Of a stretch of DNA of 64,000 nucleotides, positions 34,693-44,427 are shown piece after piece. Below the pieces are notes generated by a model. That model saw only the letters and a program-made list of their open reading frames with translations, ran no database searches and was not told the origin of the DNA. The position numbers and the translations under genes are program-made. Source of the DNA: an uncultured Chloroflexia bacterium (GTDB taxonomy: Bacteria > Chloroflexota > Limnocylindria > Limnocylindrales > CSP1-4); contig CAVOJY010000003.1 in the NCBI GenBank assembly GCA_963696405.1, positions 66,407 to 130,406 of the forward strand, given 5' to 3'. Within the stretch, counting starts at the first letter, position 1. Each line of letters begins with the position of its first letter.

Positions 34693-35327
34693 GCGACATC
34701 GTTCTCCGGGCGTACACGTTCCTCGACAGCCTGCAGCCGCAGTACGCGGCATTTCTCGGCACGGTCGCCCAGGGCTTTCTGCCCCTGGCGCGCGACGCGT
34801 CCCTCTATGTCGAGATCTCGCCGGGCATCGAGATCAACCGGCTGACCGACGTCGCCCTCAAGGCGACCGCGGTCAAGCCGGGCATGCAGATCATCGAGCG
34901 GTACTACGGCCTCCTCGAGATCCATTCGACGTCCCAGGCGGAGGTCCGCGCCGCGGGCGCCGCGATTCTCCGGGATATCGGTGCCGATGAGCGCGACCGC
35001 ATGAAGCCGAAGGTCCTCTCGAGCCAGATCGTCCGGCGCATCGACGATCACCAGGCGCAGCTCATCAACCGCATGCGCCACGGACAGATGCTCATCCCCG
35101 GGCAGACGCTCTACGTGCTCGAGCTCGAGCCGGCGGCCTACGCCGCGCTGGCGGCGAACGAGGCGGAGAAGGCCGCCCACATCAACATCCTCGAGGTCCG
35201 CTCGTTCGGCTCGAACGGACGCGTGTACCTGGGCGGCGAGGAACGGGATATCGACGTGGCGTGGCGGGCCGCCCTTGCCGCCATCGAGGGCCTGGAAGGG
35301 AAGGAAGGCAAGCCCGAGAAGGCCTGA
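34689..35327 (+). CDS. BMC-T shell protein, CcmP/CsoS1D-like tandem-domain (double-stacking, gated-pore type)
   Basis: [54 protein letters not shown]...[18 protein letters not shown]...[24 protein letters not shown]...LGGEERD tracks the CcmP sequence pattern as I remember it almost segment for segment. GTG start overlaps the deoC stop. Confidence 0.85.
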   Translation: MSDIVLRAYTFLDSLQPQYAAFLGTVAQGFLPLARDASLYVEISPGIEINRLTDVALKATAVKPGMQIIERYYGLLEIHSTSQAEVRAAGAAILRDIGADERDRMKPKVLSSQIVRRIDDHQAQLINRMRHGQMLIPGQTLYVLELEPAAYAALAANEAEKAAHINILEVRSFGSNGRVYLGGEERDIDVAWRAALAAIEGLEGKEGKPEKA

Positions 35328-35373
35328 GGGTCGCCGTAGCGGCACAGAAGAAGCCAATCAAGGAGACACGCAG

Positions 35374-35676
<303 letters not shown>

Positions 35677-35748
35677 CCCGGGAGCGTCGGGTCGGGGCGC
35701 CGGCAGCGGTGCCCCGACCGGGACGCCTCGCGGCACGGTGAGGTAACC

Positions 35749-36036
35749 ATGCTGCTTGCGCGCGTGGCTGGCACGGTCGTGGCCAGCCGCAAGGAACCGC
35801 TGATGGAGGGGCTCACGCTCCTGCTCCTGCGGCAGCTCGACGTTGACGATAGCGAGACGGGCGGCTACGTGGTGGCCGTGGATGCCGTGGGTGCCGGGGT
35901 CGGCGAAGTCGTGCTGTTCGCCTCGGGCAGCTCGGCCCGCCAGACGGCCGCGACCAGGGACCGGCCCTGCGACGCGGTGGTCATGGCCATCGTCGACACC
36001 TGGGAGGTTGGCGGGACGACCGCTTACACGAAGTGA
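35749..36036 (+). CDS. BMC-P pentameric vertex protein (EutN/CcmL family), copy 1
   Basis: [17 protein letters not shown]...LLLLRQLD...[24 protein letters not shown]. Confidence 0.9.
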   Translation: MLLARVAGTVVASRKEPLMEGLTLLLLRQLDVDDSETGGYVVAVDAVGAGVGEVVLFASGSSARQTAATRDRPCDAVVMAIVDTWEVGGTTAYTK

Positions 36037-36094
36037 CGGCCCCGGGGGCCGGGGCGGACGTCCCGGCCCCTTCGGTCGATGAGGTGCCCGAGGA

Positions 36095-37579
36095 ATGACG
36101 ATCAGCAGGCCGCCTGACATCGACGAACGCGACGTCGCGGACGTCATCGCACGCGTCCGCGACCGGCTCGGGCTGCCGGGGGCCGCGGTCGAGGCCCGGT
36201 TGGGGTCACCTGCCGGCCCAGTCGCGCCCGCGGAGCCGGTCACCCCGGACACCGCGCTGGGCATCCACCCGACGGTCGAGTCGGCCGTGGGGGCCGCCAG
36301 GGAGGCCTTCCGAGCATACGGATCGATCGGGCTCGACCGGCGGTACTGCATCGTCGAGGCGATCCGGCGCGCCGCGCTTGCCGAGGCCGACCGCCTGGCC
36401 CACATGGCGCTCGAGGAGACCGGCATGGGCCGCCTCGACGACAAGGCGACGAAGATCCGGATCGTGGCCGAGAAGGCGCCGGGGCCCGAGGACCTCGAGC
36501 CGCGGGCGACCACCGGCGACCGGGGCATGATGATCACCGAGTGGGCCCCGTTCGGGATCCTCGCCTCGATCACCCCGATTACGAACCCGGCCTCCACCAT
36601 CATCAACAACACGATCAGCGGGATCAGCGCCGGGAACGCCATCGTCTTCAACCCCCACCCCGGAGCGAAGCGGGTCTCGGCCGAGACGGTCCGCGTCATC
36701 AACCGCGCGATTGTCGAGGCAGGCGGACCGCCGGGACTGGTCACGGCGGTCGCGGAGCCGACGATCGAGTCGGCCCGCGAGCTGATGAACCACGACGCGG
36801 TGTCGGTCCTCGTGGTCACCGGCGGGGGCGCCGTGGTCCGCGAGGCACTGAAGACGGCCAAGCGCGCGGTGACCGCCGGTCCCGGCAACCCGCCGGCCGT
36901 GGTGGACGAGACAGCCGACCTGGAGAAGGCCGGGCGGGACCTCGTCCTGGGCGCCTCCTTCGACAACAACATCGTCTGCATCGACGAGAAGGAAGTCCTC
37001 GTCGTCGAGCGCGTGGCGGACCGCCTCATCGAGTCGATGGTGCGCCACGGCGCGTACCTCCTCCGCGAGCACGAGCTCCGCAAGGTCGAGCAGCTCATCT
37101 TCAGCGGGCCGGTCGAGCCGCCCCGCCACGGCATGGTCGACGTACGCTGGGTGGGGAAGGACGCCGACCGGATTCTCGCCGCGATCGGAGGCCGCGCCGA
37201 CCGCGAGATCCGGCTCCTCATCGCCGACGTCCCGCGGGGGCACCCGCTCGTCTACACGGAGCAGCTGCTCCCCGTCCTGCCGATCGTGCGGGTCCGCGAC
37301 GTGAACGAGGCGATCAGCCTCGCGGTGGAGGTGGAGCACGGCTTCAAGCACACGGCTTCCATCCACTCGGCGAACGTCGAGACGATCACGCGCATGGCCC
37401 GCGCCATGAACTGCAGCATCTTCGTGGCGAACGGTCCGTGTTTCGCCGGGCTCGGCGAAGGCGGCGAGGGGTTCACCTCGTTCTCGATCGCCAGCCCGAG
37501 CGGGGACGGTCTCACCCGTCCGCGCACCTTCTCGCGCGAGCGCCGGGTCACCGTCGTCGGCGCGCTGAGGATCGTGTGA
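36095..37579 (+). CDS. CoA-acylating aldehyde dehydrogenase (PduP/EutE-like) with N-terminal encapsulation-peptide-like helix
   Basis: Catalytic Cys context FDNNIVCIDEKEVLV, ITPITNPAST, TGGGAVV, GPGNPPAVVDETAD. N-terminus ERDVADVIARVRDRLGL followed by a P/A linker. Confidence 0.9.
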   Translation: MTISRPPDIDERDVADVIARVRDRLGLPGAAVEARLGSPAGPVAPAEPVTPDTALGIHPTVESAVGAAREAFRAYGSIGLDRRYCIVEAIRRAALAEADRLAHMALEETGMGRLDDKATKIRIVAEKAPGPEDLEPRATTGDRGMMITEWAPFGILASITPITNPASTIINNTISGISAGNAIVFNPHPGAKRVSAETVRVINRAIVEAGGPPGLVTAVAEPTIESARELMNHDAVSVLVVTGGGAVVREALKTAKRAVTAGPGNPPAVVDETADLEKAGRDLVLGASFDNNIVCIDEKEVLVVERVADRLIESMVRHGAYLLREHELRKVEQLIFSGPVEPPRHGMVDVRWVGKDADRILAAIGGRADREIRLLIADVPRGHPLVYTEQLLPVLPIVRVRDVNEAISLAVEVEHGFKHTASIHSANVETITRMARAMNCSIFVANGPCFAGLGEGGEGFTSFSIASPSGDGLTRPRTFSRERRVTVVGALRIV

Positions 37580-38208
37580 TGCCGCTCGAGCGGCCGGTGG
37601 ACCCCGCGGAGGCGATGCGACCCGCTCTCGCGCTCCTCGAGCTCGACTCGATCGCCGCCGGCATCGACGCCGGCGACGCCATGGCCAAGCGGGCCGCCGT
37701 GGAGACGCTCCTCGCCGGCACCGTCCACCCGGGGAAATACCTGGTGCTCGTCGCGGGCGACGTCGCCGCGGTCGAGGAATTGTTCGCCGCCGGCGAGGAC
37801 CGGGGCGCGGGCCACATCGTGGACCGGGTCATCCTGCGGGACGTCCACCCGGGCGTGGTCGCCGCCCTGACGGGGACCCGGCTGGGAGACGACGTGGAGG
37901 CCCTGGGGGTCCTGGAGACAGCGTCCGTGGCGGCCACCGTGGAGGCTGCCGACGCCGGCCTCAAGGGTGCCAGGGTGATCCTCCTCGAGATGCGGCTCGC
38001 CGACGGCCTGGGCGGCAAGGGATATCTCCTCTTCGGTGGAACCGTGTCGGCCGTGGAAGCGGCCGTCGAGATCGGCGCCGGGCGCATCGCACCCGACGCG
38101 GCGGTCGCGGTCCGCGTCATCCCGCGACTCGACCCGCGGATGCGCGAGAACCTGGCCGCGGAGCCGCGGTTCCGACACCGTGTCCGCGGGACGGCCGGGG
38201 AGGGCTAG
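37579..38208 (+). CDS. BMC-T shell protein, PduT-like tandem BMC-domain
   Basis: Two PF00936-like halves: LALLELDSIAAGIDAGDAMAKRAAV...YLVLVAGDVAAVEE and ALGVLETASVAATVEAADAGLKGARV...GYLLFGGTVSAVEAAVE. ATG overlaps the AldDH stop (TGATG). Confidence 0.85.
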   Translation: MPLERPVDPAEAMRPALALLELDSIAAGIDAGDAMAKRAAVETLLAGTVHPGKYLVLVAGDVAAVEELFAAGEDRGAGHIVDRVILRDVHPGVVAALTGTRLGDDVEALGVLETASVAATVEAADAGLKGARVILLEMRLADGLGGKGYLLFGGTVSAVEAAVEIGAGRIAPDAAVAVRVIPRLDPRMRENLAAEPRFRHRVRGTAGEG

Positions 38209-38213
38209 CGGCC

Positions 38214-38498
38214 ATGCAGCTCGGACGGGTCATCGGCACGGTCGTCGCCAGCGTCAAGGATCCCGGCATCGAGGGGGTCCCGCTCCTGATCGTGCAGCCT
38301 CTCGACCGCGAGCGGAGGCCCTCCGGCCGGCCGTTCGTCGCCGCCGACGCCCTGCGCATGGCCGGGCCCGGCGAGCTCATCTACTGGGTCGGGGCGCGCG
38401 AGGCGGCCCAGGCGCTCGAGGAGACGTTCGCCCCGGTGGACCACGCGATCGTCGGGATCGTGGACGCGGTCGAGCCACTGGCGGGCGGGCGGCCATGA
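38214..38498 (+). CDS. BMC-P vertex protein (EutN/CcmL family), copy 2
   Basis: MQLGRVIGTVVASVKDPGIEGVPLLIVQPLD... Confidence 0.9.
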   Translation: MQLGRVIGTVVASVKDPGIEGVPLLIVQPLDRERRPSGRPFVAADALRMAGPGELIYWVGAREAAQALEETFAPVDHAIVGIVDAVEPLAGGRP

Positions 38499-38773
38499 AG
38501 GTCGGTCGCGTCGCCGGTACCGTCGTCGCAACCGTCCAGGCGCCGGTGTTCGACGGGCGAACGCTGCTCCTGTGCACGCTCCTCGACGCCGACGGAGCGG
38601 AGAGCGACGGCTACATCATCGCCGCCGACACGGTGGGCGCCGGGGCGGGAGAGACCGTGCTCATCCTCGACGAGGGCACGTCGGCGCGGCAGATCGTCGA
38701 CGTTGCCACGGGACCGATCCGGGCTGTCGTGGTGGGCATCATCGACCAGGTCGACGCCTGGCCGCTTGGGTGA
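38495..38773 (+). CDS. BMC-P vertex protein (EutN/CcmL family), copy 3
   Basis: [31 protein letters not shown]...IIAADTVGAGAGETVLILDEGTSAR. ATGA overlap with copy 2. Confidence 0.9.
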   Translation: MKVGRVAGTVVATVQAPVFDGRTLLLCTLLDADGAESDGYIIAADTVGAGAGETVLILDEGTSARQIVDVATGPIRAVVVGIIDQVDAWPLG

Positions 38774-39597
38774 GCGGCTCGCGCAGCACACCGGCCGCCC
38801 GACCCGGACCGACCGCGCTCGCCGCGGCGGCGGACCCTCCGTTCCCGCCCGACCTGTCCGTCAGCCGCACGCGCCCCGAGCCGTTGCGATACCAGATCCG
38901 ACGGGCGATCGCCGGGCAGATCGCCTCGGGCGAGCTCGCCCCGGGTGACCGCCTCCCGACCGAGCGCGAGTACGCCGACCGGCTCGGCGTCAGCCTCGCC
39001 CCGGTCCGCCAGGCGCTCCTCGACCTGGTCGCGACCGGCCAGCTCTACCGTGTCAAGGGGAAGGGGACGTTCGTCCGGGAGCCGGGCCTCGAGGAGGAGA
39101 TCACGCTGCTCCTCGGTTTCACCGACACCCTGCGGCATCTCGGGGTGCCGTTCCGGATCCGGGTGCTCGAGCAGGGCCTGGTCCCGGCGCCGGTGTGGGT
39201 GGCGCGCGCACTCGACGTGCCTGCCGGCGCGCCGGTCGTACGCCTGCGGCGCCTCGCGCTCGTGCGAGGCGAACCGGCTGCCGTGCTCGACGCGTTCCTG
39301 CCCGCCGAGCGCTTCCCCTCCCTTGCCGCGAGCGGGGAATTCGAGGACGGACAGTCGCTCTACCGACGGCTCGAGGAGGAATTCGGGGTGCAGCTTCGGG
39401 GGACCAGCGGGACCCTCCAGGTCGTCCACTGTGACGACGTCCAGGCAACGCTGCTCGACGTCCCGGTCGGCTCGGCCGCGCTCTTGGTCCGCTCGCTCGC
39501 CACCGACACGTCGGGCCGGCCCGTGGAGGCCGCGAACGTCCTCTATCGCGCCGATCGGTTCGTCTTCCACATCGAGCGCCCCCGCGTCCGGCCCTGA
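38770..39597 (+). CDS. GntR/HutC-family transcriptional regulator (wHTH + UTRA domain)
   Basis: YQIRRAIAGQIASGELAPGDRLPTEREYADRLGVSLAPVRQALLDLVATGQLYRVKGKGTFV plus a UTRA-like C-terminal domain. Candidate GTG start at 38770 overlaps the BMC-P stop (GTGA). Confidence 0.85.
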   Translation: MSGSRSTPAARPGPTALAAAADPPFPPDLSVSRTRPEPLRYQIRRAIAGQIASGELAPGDRLPTEREYADRLGVSLAPVRQALLDLVATGQLYRVKGKGTFVREPGLEEEITLLLGFTDTLRHLGVPFRIRVLEQGLVPAPVWVARALDVPAGAPVVRLRRLALVRGEPAAVLDAFLPAERFPSLAASGEFEDGQSLYRRLEEEFGVQLRGTSGTLQVVHCDDVQATLLDVPVGSAALLVRSLATDTSGRPVEAANVLYRADRFVFHIERPRVRP

Positions 39598-39623
39598 CCG
39601 ATGCGAGCGCCCCGGCCGCTGGA

Positions 39624-40466
39624 TCAGGCGGGCCGAGCGCGCCGCCCGCCGCGAAGCCCCAGCCTGGGTGCGACGACGAGGGCGACGAAGAACGCGGCCG
39701 TCTCGACGAGCACGATGGTGGCACCGCTCGGCACGTCGAACCAGTAGCTGAGGTACAGGCCGGTGACGGACGCGGCAACGCTCACGATGATCGCCACGGC
39801 CACCATGCGAAGGAAGCGGTGCGTGAGGAGCTGCGCCGTGGCGGCGGGAGTGACGAGCATGGCCACGACCAGGATGATCCCGACGGCCTGGATGCTGGCG
39901 ACGATCGTGATGGCGATGAGGACCAGGAGCAGGTACTCGAGCCTGGTCACGGGCAGGCCGGCGGCTGCGGCGCCGAGGGGATCGAAGGTCGCGTAGAGAA
40001 GCTCCTTCCAGAAGACCCCGACGATGATGATCACGGCGATCGCCAGCACGCCGAGGCCGGCCAGCTCGAGCGCGCTGATGGCGAGGATGTTCCCGAAGAG
40101 AAGGCCGAAGAGGTCGACGACGTAGCCCTGGATCCGGCTGAAGAGGAAGACGCCGAGGGCGAACATCCCGGCGAAGAGGACGCCGATCGCCGTGTCTCCA
40201 CGGAGGCGGCCCCTGCGGCTGACGACGCCGATGAGCACGGAGGTGAAGATCGCGGCGACACCGGCGCCGACCAGCACCGGCGCCTGGAGGATGAACGCCA
40301 CGACCACGCCCGGAAGCGCCGCATGGCTGATGGCGTCCCCGGCGAAGGCGAGCCCCTTGAGCACGACGTAGCTGCCGACGATGGCGCAGGCGACGCCGAC
40401 GAGCACCGCGGCGGCCAGCGCCCGGTCGAAGAAGCCGTACGCGAGAGGTTCCAGGATGGCGTCCAT
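39624..40466 (-). CDS. Metal (Zn/Mn) ABC transporter permease (ABC-3 family)
   Basis: Polytopic ZnuB/MntB/TroC-like pattern (MDAILEPLAYGFFDRAL...). Start taken at ATG 40466, one nt after the ATPase stop. Confidence 0.85.
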   Translation of the reverse strand: MDAILEPLAYGFFDRALAAAVLVGVACAIVGSYVVLKGLAFAGDAISHAALPGVVVAFILQAPVLVGAGVAAIFTSVLIGVVSRRGRLRGDTAIGVLFAGMFALGVFLFSRIQGYVVDLFGLLFGNILAISALELAGLGVLAIAVIIIVGVFWKELLYATFDPLGAAAAGLPVTRLEYLLLVLIAITIVASIQAVGIILVVAMLVTPAATAQLLTHRFLRMVAVAIIVSVAASVTGLYLSYWFDVPSGATIVLVETAAFFVALVVAPRLGLRGGRRARPA

Positions 40467-40467
40467 C

Positions 40468-41424
40468 TCAGCCCGGTCCCGGTGCGCCATTGTGGTAGTG
40501 CCGCTCGCCCCCCTCGGGCGCGTCATGGTGGTGGGCGTCATCGAGCACGACCGTACCGCCCCGGACGACGAGGAGATGCCCACCGTACGTCCGCGCCAGG
40601 ACGTCGGGGTCGAGGACGAGGGAGGACGGTCCGAACGCCATGATCGTGCGGTTGATGGCCGCCACGCGCTGGAACCGCTGGGCGACGCAGGCGAGGTCGT
40701 GGGTGGTGGCCACGACCGTCTTGCCCCGCCGGGCTTCCCCCTCGAGGATGTCCATGAGGTCTTCCTGGGTCGTCGCGTCGATGCCGGTGACGGGCTCGTC
40801 GAGCAGGAAGAGCGCCGCTTCCGCCGCGAGCGCCCGGGCCAGGAACACGCGGCGCCGCTGGCCGCCTGACAGGGCTCCGATCTGGGTGCGCTCCGCGCCG
40901 CCCATGCCCACCTTGGCGAGGGCTGCCGCGACGGCGTCCCGGTCCGCCGCTCCCGGGCGCCGCACCAGTCCGAGCCCCGGGTAGCGGCCCATCATGACCA
41001 CGTCCCAGGCCGTGACCGGGAAGCCCCAGTCCACGAGCTCCGCCTGGGGCACATAGGCCACCCGCCTGGCCTCGCGGCCGGGCGGCGACCCCAGGACCTC
41101 GACGCGGCCACCGACGGGGGCGAGGAGGCCCGCCATGACCTTGAGCAGCGTGCTCTTGCCGGCGCCGTTGGGACCGACGACCGCCAGCAGGGTGCCGGCT
41201 TCCACGGCCAGGCTGATGCGCTCGATCGCAACCGTGTTGTCGTACCCGGCGGTCACGTCTGACAGCCACACGTCCGCGTGGGCGCGCGCGTGGCCGGCAT
41301 CGACAGCCTGGCCCACCACCGGGAGCGCGCGGTCGGCGGTCGGGTGGTCGTGCGGATGGGCGTGGGGATCGAACCCCCGCGCACCCGGGCCGTGCTCTTC
41401 CGGCCGCTGCGGGTCTTCGGTCAC
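40468..41424 (-). CDS. Metal ABC transporter ATP-binding protein with His-rich N-terminus
   Basis: Walker A GPNGAGKST, signature LSGGQRRR, Walker B LFLLDEP. N-terminal DPHAHPHDHP tract. Confidence 0.9.
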   Translation of the reverse strand: MTEDPQRPEEHGPGARGFDPHAHPHDHPTADRALPVVGQAVDAGHARAHADVWLSDVTAGYDNTVAIERISLAVEAGTLLAVVGPNGAGKSTLLKVMAGLLAPVGGRVEVLGSPPGREARRVAYVPQAELVDWGFPVTAWDVVMMGRYPGLGLVRRPGAADRDAVAAALAKVGMGGAERTQIGALSGGQRRRVFLARALAAEAALFLLDEPVTGIDATTQEDLMDILEGEARRGKTVVATTHDLACVAQRFQRVAAINRTIMAFGPSSLVLDPDVLARTYGGHLLVVRGGTVVLDDAHHHDAPEGGERHYHNGAPGPG

Positions 41425-41425
41425 G

Positions 41426-42397
41426 TCACGAGGATCCCGCGGGCCGCAAAGCGTTCACGAGCTGCTCGACGTCGTGACGGATCATTGCCTCGTACGTGTC
41501 AAGCGGCGGATCCCCGAGCGCGTCGTCGTACAGGTCCGAGACGACGCGGGCGCCGGTCTCGTCCGCGAGGCGTTGCACGAGGTTGGGCGGGAACTGCGCC
41601 TCACTGAAGACCGCCTTGGCGCCCGCGGCCTTGACGGCGTCGATGAGGGCCGCCATCTCCCCGGCGCTGGGTTCCTGGCCCGCCGCGTCGACGATCGTTC
41701 CAACGGCGGTGAGCCCGTAGGCCCGGGTGAAGTAGGGGAACGCGTCGTGGTACAGCACGAGCTTCCGATCCGCCGGAGGGATCGTCGCGATCTCATCGCG
41801 AACCCAGCGATCAAGGTCGGCCAGCCGCGACCGGTAGGCGGCCGCGCCGTCCCGGTACGCGGCGCCGCCGGCCGGATCGGCCGCGACGAGTGCATCCGCG
41901 ATCCGGTCCACGTACTTCATCGCGTAGGTGACGTCGAGCCAGAGGTGGGGGTTCGGCTCGACTGCCTCGCCTCCGGCGATGTAGTCGACGCCAGGGAGGT
42001 TCTCCCCGAGTCGAACCACGGCGGCGGTCGAGCCGGAGCTCTCGATCGTCCTGGCCAGCCAGTCGTCGAGACCCAGCCCGTTCATGACGATGAGGCGCGC
42101 CCCGGCGAGCCGCGCCGCGTCGGATGGCTTCGGCTCGAACGTGTGGGGGTCGACGCCGCGAGGCACGAGGCTCACCACGTCGACGCGGCTGCCGCCGACC
42201 TGCCGGACGAGATCGCCGAAGACCGAGCTCGTGGTGACGACCGAGACCCCTGCCCCCGGCACAGCGGAGGGCGACCCGCCGCCGGCGCCTGAACAGGCGG
42301 CGAGCAGCGCGGCGAGCGCGACGAGCGCAAGCGCGAGGACAACCGCAGGCGCGGGCCTCCGGTGCTGCCTGGCGTCTGCGGGGCCGTACCACCTCAT
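41426..42397 (-). CDS. Metal ABC transporter substrate-binding lipoprotein (ZnuA/TroA family)
   Basis: Signal/lipobox ALAALLAACSG. VVTTSSVFGDLVRQVGG...VDPHTFEPKPSD...NGLGLDDWL. ATG 42397 overlaps the Fur-family stop (ATGA). Confidence 0.85.
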   Translation of the reverse strand: MRWYGPADARQHRRPAPAVVLALALVALAALLAACSGAGGGSPSAVPGAGVSVVTTSSVFGDLVRQVGGSRVDVVSLVPRGVDPHTFEPKPSDAARLAGARLIVMNGLGLDDWLARTIESSGSTAAVVRLGENLPGVDYIAGGEAVEPNPHLWLDVTYAMKYVDRIADALVAADPAGGAAYRDGAAAYRSRLADLDRWVRDEIATIPPADRKLVLYHDAFPYFTRAYGLTAVGTIVDAAGQEPSAGEMAALIDAVKAAGAKAVFSEAQFPPNLVQRLADETGARVVSDLYDDALGDPPLDTYEAMIRHDVEQLVNALRPAGSS

Positions 42398-42858
42398 GGG
42401 GCGGCCGCCCCGTTGCACTCGGCGCAGCGCCCATAGAGCTCTATCCGGTGCGCCTCGGCCGTGAACCCGGCTCGCCGCGCGGCCTCGCGGATCGCCGCGT
42501 GAAGCTCGGCGTCGACGATGTCCACCGTGCGGTGACACTCGGTGCACACCGCGTGGTGGTGGTGGTGGTGGACGGGCTCGCAGGACACATACGCGTGCTC
42601 GCCGGTCGGGAGGTCGATCCGTTCGATCGCGTCGAGTTCACCGAGCAGTTCCAGCGTCCGGAAGATCGTGGCGCGACCGATGGCAATCTCCCCCGCGCGT
42701 GCACTGCGAGCAAGATCCGCGGCGGTGAAGTGGCCGGTCTGCCGAGCGATCAGCGCGGCGACGAGCCGCCTCGGCTCCGTCTGCCGGTAGCCTGCTCGAC
42801 CCAGGATCTCGACGAGCGGCGCCGCGGCGCGCGGCGGATTGATACTCGGTCTCATCAT
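42394..42858 (-). CDS. Fur-family metalloregulator (Zur-like) containing an internal His6 run
   Basis: RQTEPRRLV...FTAADL...IGRATIFRTLELL...CEPVHHHHHHAVCTECH...YGRCAEC. Start taken at MMRPS (ATG 42858). Confidence 0.8.
   Translation of the reverse strand: MMRPSINPPRAAAPLVEILGRAGYRQTEPRRLVAALIARQTGHFTAADLARSARAGEIAIGRATIFRTLELLGELDAIERIDLPTGEHAYVSCEPVHHHHHHAVCTECHRTVDIVDAELHAAIREAARRAGFTAEAHRIELYGRCAECNGAAAP
42553..42570 (-). repeat. (CAC)6 trinucleotide repeat encoding His6 inside the Fur-family gene
   Basis: Plus strand reads gtggtggtggtggtggtg. Confidence 0.9.
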
Positions 42859-43113
42859 GGGCCAAATGATACCCGGTCTCGTCAGACACTGCGAGAACCA
42901 CGAACCGAGAGAGTCACCCGCGAGGCTCCCGGCGGATGCAGAACGACACCGCGGAGGCTCTCTGCTGCAGACTGCACCCGTCGCCGCGGTCGGGGGAGGC
43001 CGTCCGGCCCGCAGTCCTCGTCCGCCTGCGGTACCCTCTGGCCCAATCATCATCTCGGCTCAATCGCCGACCGCAGGATCGTCGAACCGCAGATCCCCGA
43101 AAGGAGCCTCCCC

Positions 43114-43974
43114 CTGTCCTCGAACCGCCCCACCTCGAAGTCCGCGACCCGGCGGGAACGGCGCGCCGCCGAGCGCGATCAGCGCCGCCAGGCGGCCCCG
43201 AAGCCGTCGGGACTGTCGGTCCGGATCCCGCCCATCGCGTGGATCACGGGCGCTGCGATCGCCGTGGGCGTGCTCGTCATCATCATCGCTGTCGTGGCGA
43301 TCGGTGGGCGCGGCGGCCCGAGCGTCGCGCTGACCAAGCCCGCCGAGCTGGCGCCCAGCGAACTCATCGACGGTCGCTCGATTGGGTCGGCGGAGGCGCC
43401 GGCGCAGATGGATGTCTGGGCGGACTACCAGTGCCCCGGCTGCGGCATCTTCAGCGAAGACGTCGAACCGCGGCTGATCAACCAGTACGTCCGGCAGGGC
43501 AACCTCCGGATCACGTTCCGCGATTTCGCTTTCCTGGGCCAGGAATTGCTCGATGCCGCGGTGGCCGCCCGCTGCGCCGGTGAACAGGGGCAGTTCTGGC
43601 ACTACATGCAGTACGTCTTCGCGAACCAGAGCGGCGAGAACCAGGGCCGGTTCACCCGGGCGTTCCTCGACAGCGTCGCCCGCGAGCTGGGCCTCGACGT
43701 GAACGCGTTCGGTTCCTGCCTGGCCGGCACCAAGGCGAAGCAGGCCGTGGCTGACGAGACCAACCAGGGAGGCGCCGTCCCCATCAGCTCGACTCCAACG
43801 CTCATCGTGAATGGCCAGAAGGTCGCCTCGCTCGAGTTCGGTGTCATCACGAAGGCCATCGATGACGCGATCGCCGCCGCGCAGGGAGGCACCCCTGCGC
43901 CGGGATCGCCGGCGGCCAGCGGGCCGCCCGCGGCGAGCTCGTCGCCCGTGACCACCCCGACGCCGACACCGTGA
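43114..43974 (+). CDS. DsbA-family thiol:disulfide oxidoreductase, membrane-anchored
   Basis: TM anchor AWITGAAIAVGVLVIIIAVVAIG and active site DYQCPGCGIF. No in-frame ATG/GTG follows the strong AAAGGAG SD. A CTG at 43114 is the best-placed candidate, so the start is uncertain. Confidence 0.7.
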   Translation: MSSNRPTSKSATRRERRAAERDQRRQAAPKPSGLSVRIPPIAWITGAAIAVGVLVIIIAVVAIGGRGGPSVALTKPAELAPSELIDGRSIGSAEAPAQMDVWADYQCPGCGIFSEDVEPRLINQYVRQGNLRITFRDFAFLGQELLDAAVAARCAGEQGQFWHYMQYVFANQSGENQGRFTRAFLDSVARELGLDVNAFGSCLAGTKAKQAVADETNQGGAVPISSTPTLIVNGQKVASLEFGVITKAIDDAIAAAQGGTPAPGSPAASGPPAASSSPVTTPTPTP

Positions 43975-44405
43975 ACCGGGAACGGACGATCCTGGGGGCC
44001 GCCCTCACGGCCCTGGCGATCGTCGCCGTGGTCACCTCCGGCTACCTGGCCTGGGTGAAGCTCGCAGGGATCATCCCCGAGTGCGGCCCGGTCAAGGGGT
44101 GCGAGACGGTCGAGGCGAGCCCGTACAGCGAGATCTTCGGCATTCCCGTGGCCCTGCCCGGTTTGCTCATGTCGCTGGCGATCCTCGTCAGCGTCGTGGC
44201 CTGGTGGTGGTCGGGCGATCGCCGCCTCCTCTACGTCCCGTATGCCCTGGGCATCCTCGGCCTGTTCGTGGTCGGGTACCTGACGTACCTCGAGCTGTTC
44301 GTCATCCACGCCATCTGCATCTGGTGCGTGACATTTGCGATCGCGATCGTCGCCGGCTGGATCGTCACGCTCGTGGCCATGCGGCGGACGGCCGCGAGCG
44401 GCTGA
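43971..44405 (+). CDS. Vitamin K epoxide reductase (VKOR) family protein
   Basis: Four TM segments, loop cysteines ECGPVKGC and redox motif CIWC. Overlaps the DsbA stop. DsbA-VKOR is the usual actinobacterial pairing. Confidence 0.85.
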   Translation: MNRERTILGAALTALAIVAVVTSGYLAWVKLAGIIPECGPVKGCETVEASPYSEIFGIPVALPGLLMSLAILVSVVAWWWSGDRRLLYVPYALGILGLFVVGYLTYLELFVIHAICIWCVTFAIAIVAGWIVTLVAMRRTAASG

Positions 44406-44427
44406 CGGCGGCCGGGGAGGCAGCGGC

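Noticed and set aside
42859-43113. Search for a palindromic Zur/Fur box in the zur-dsbA divergent region
   Set aside because: The best candidate (tgatacccggtctcgtca) matches its reverse complement only at the terminal three bases on each side. This is not convincing.
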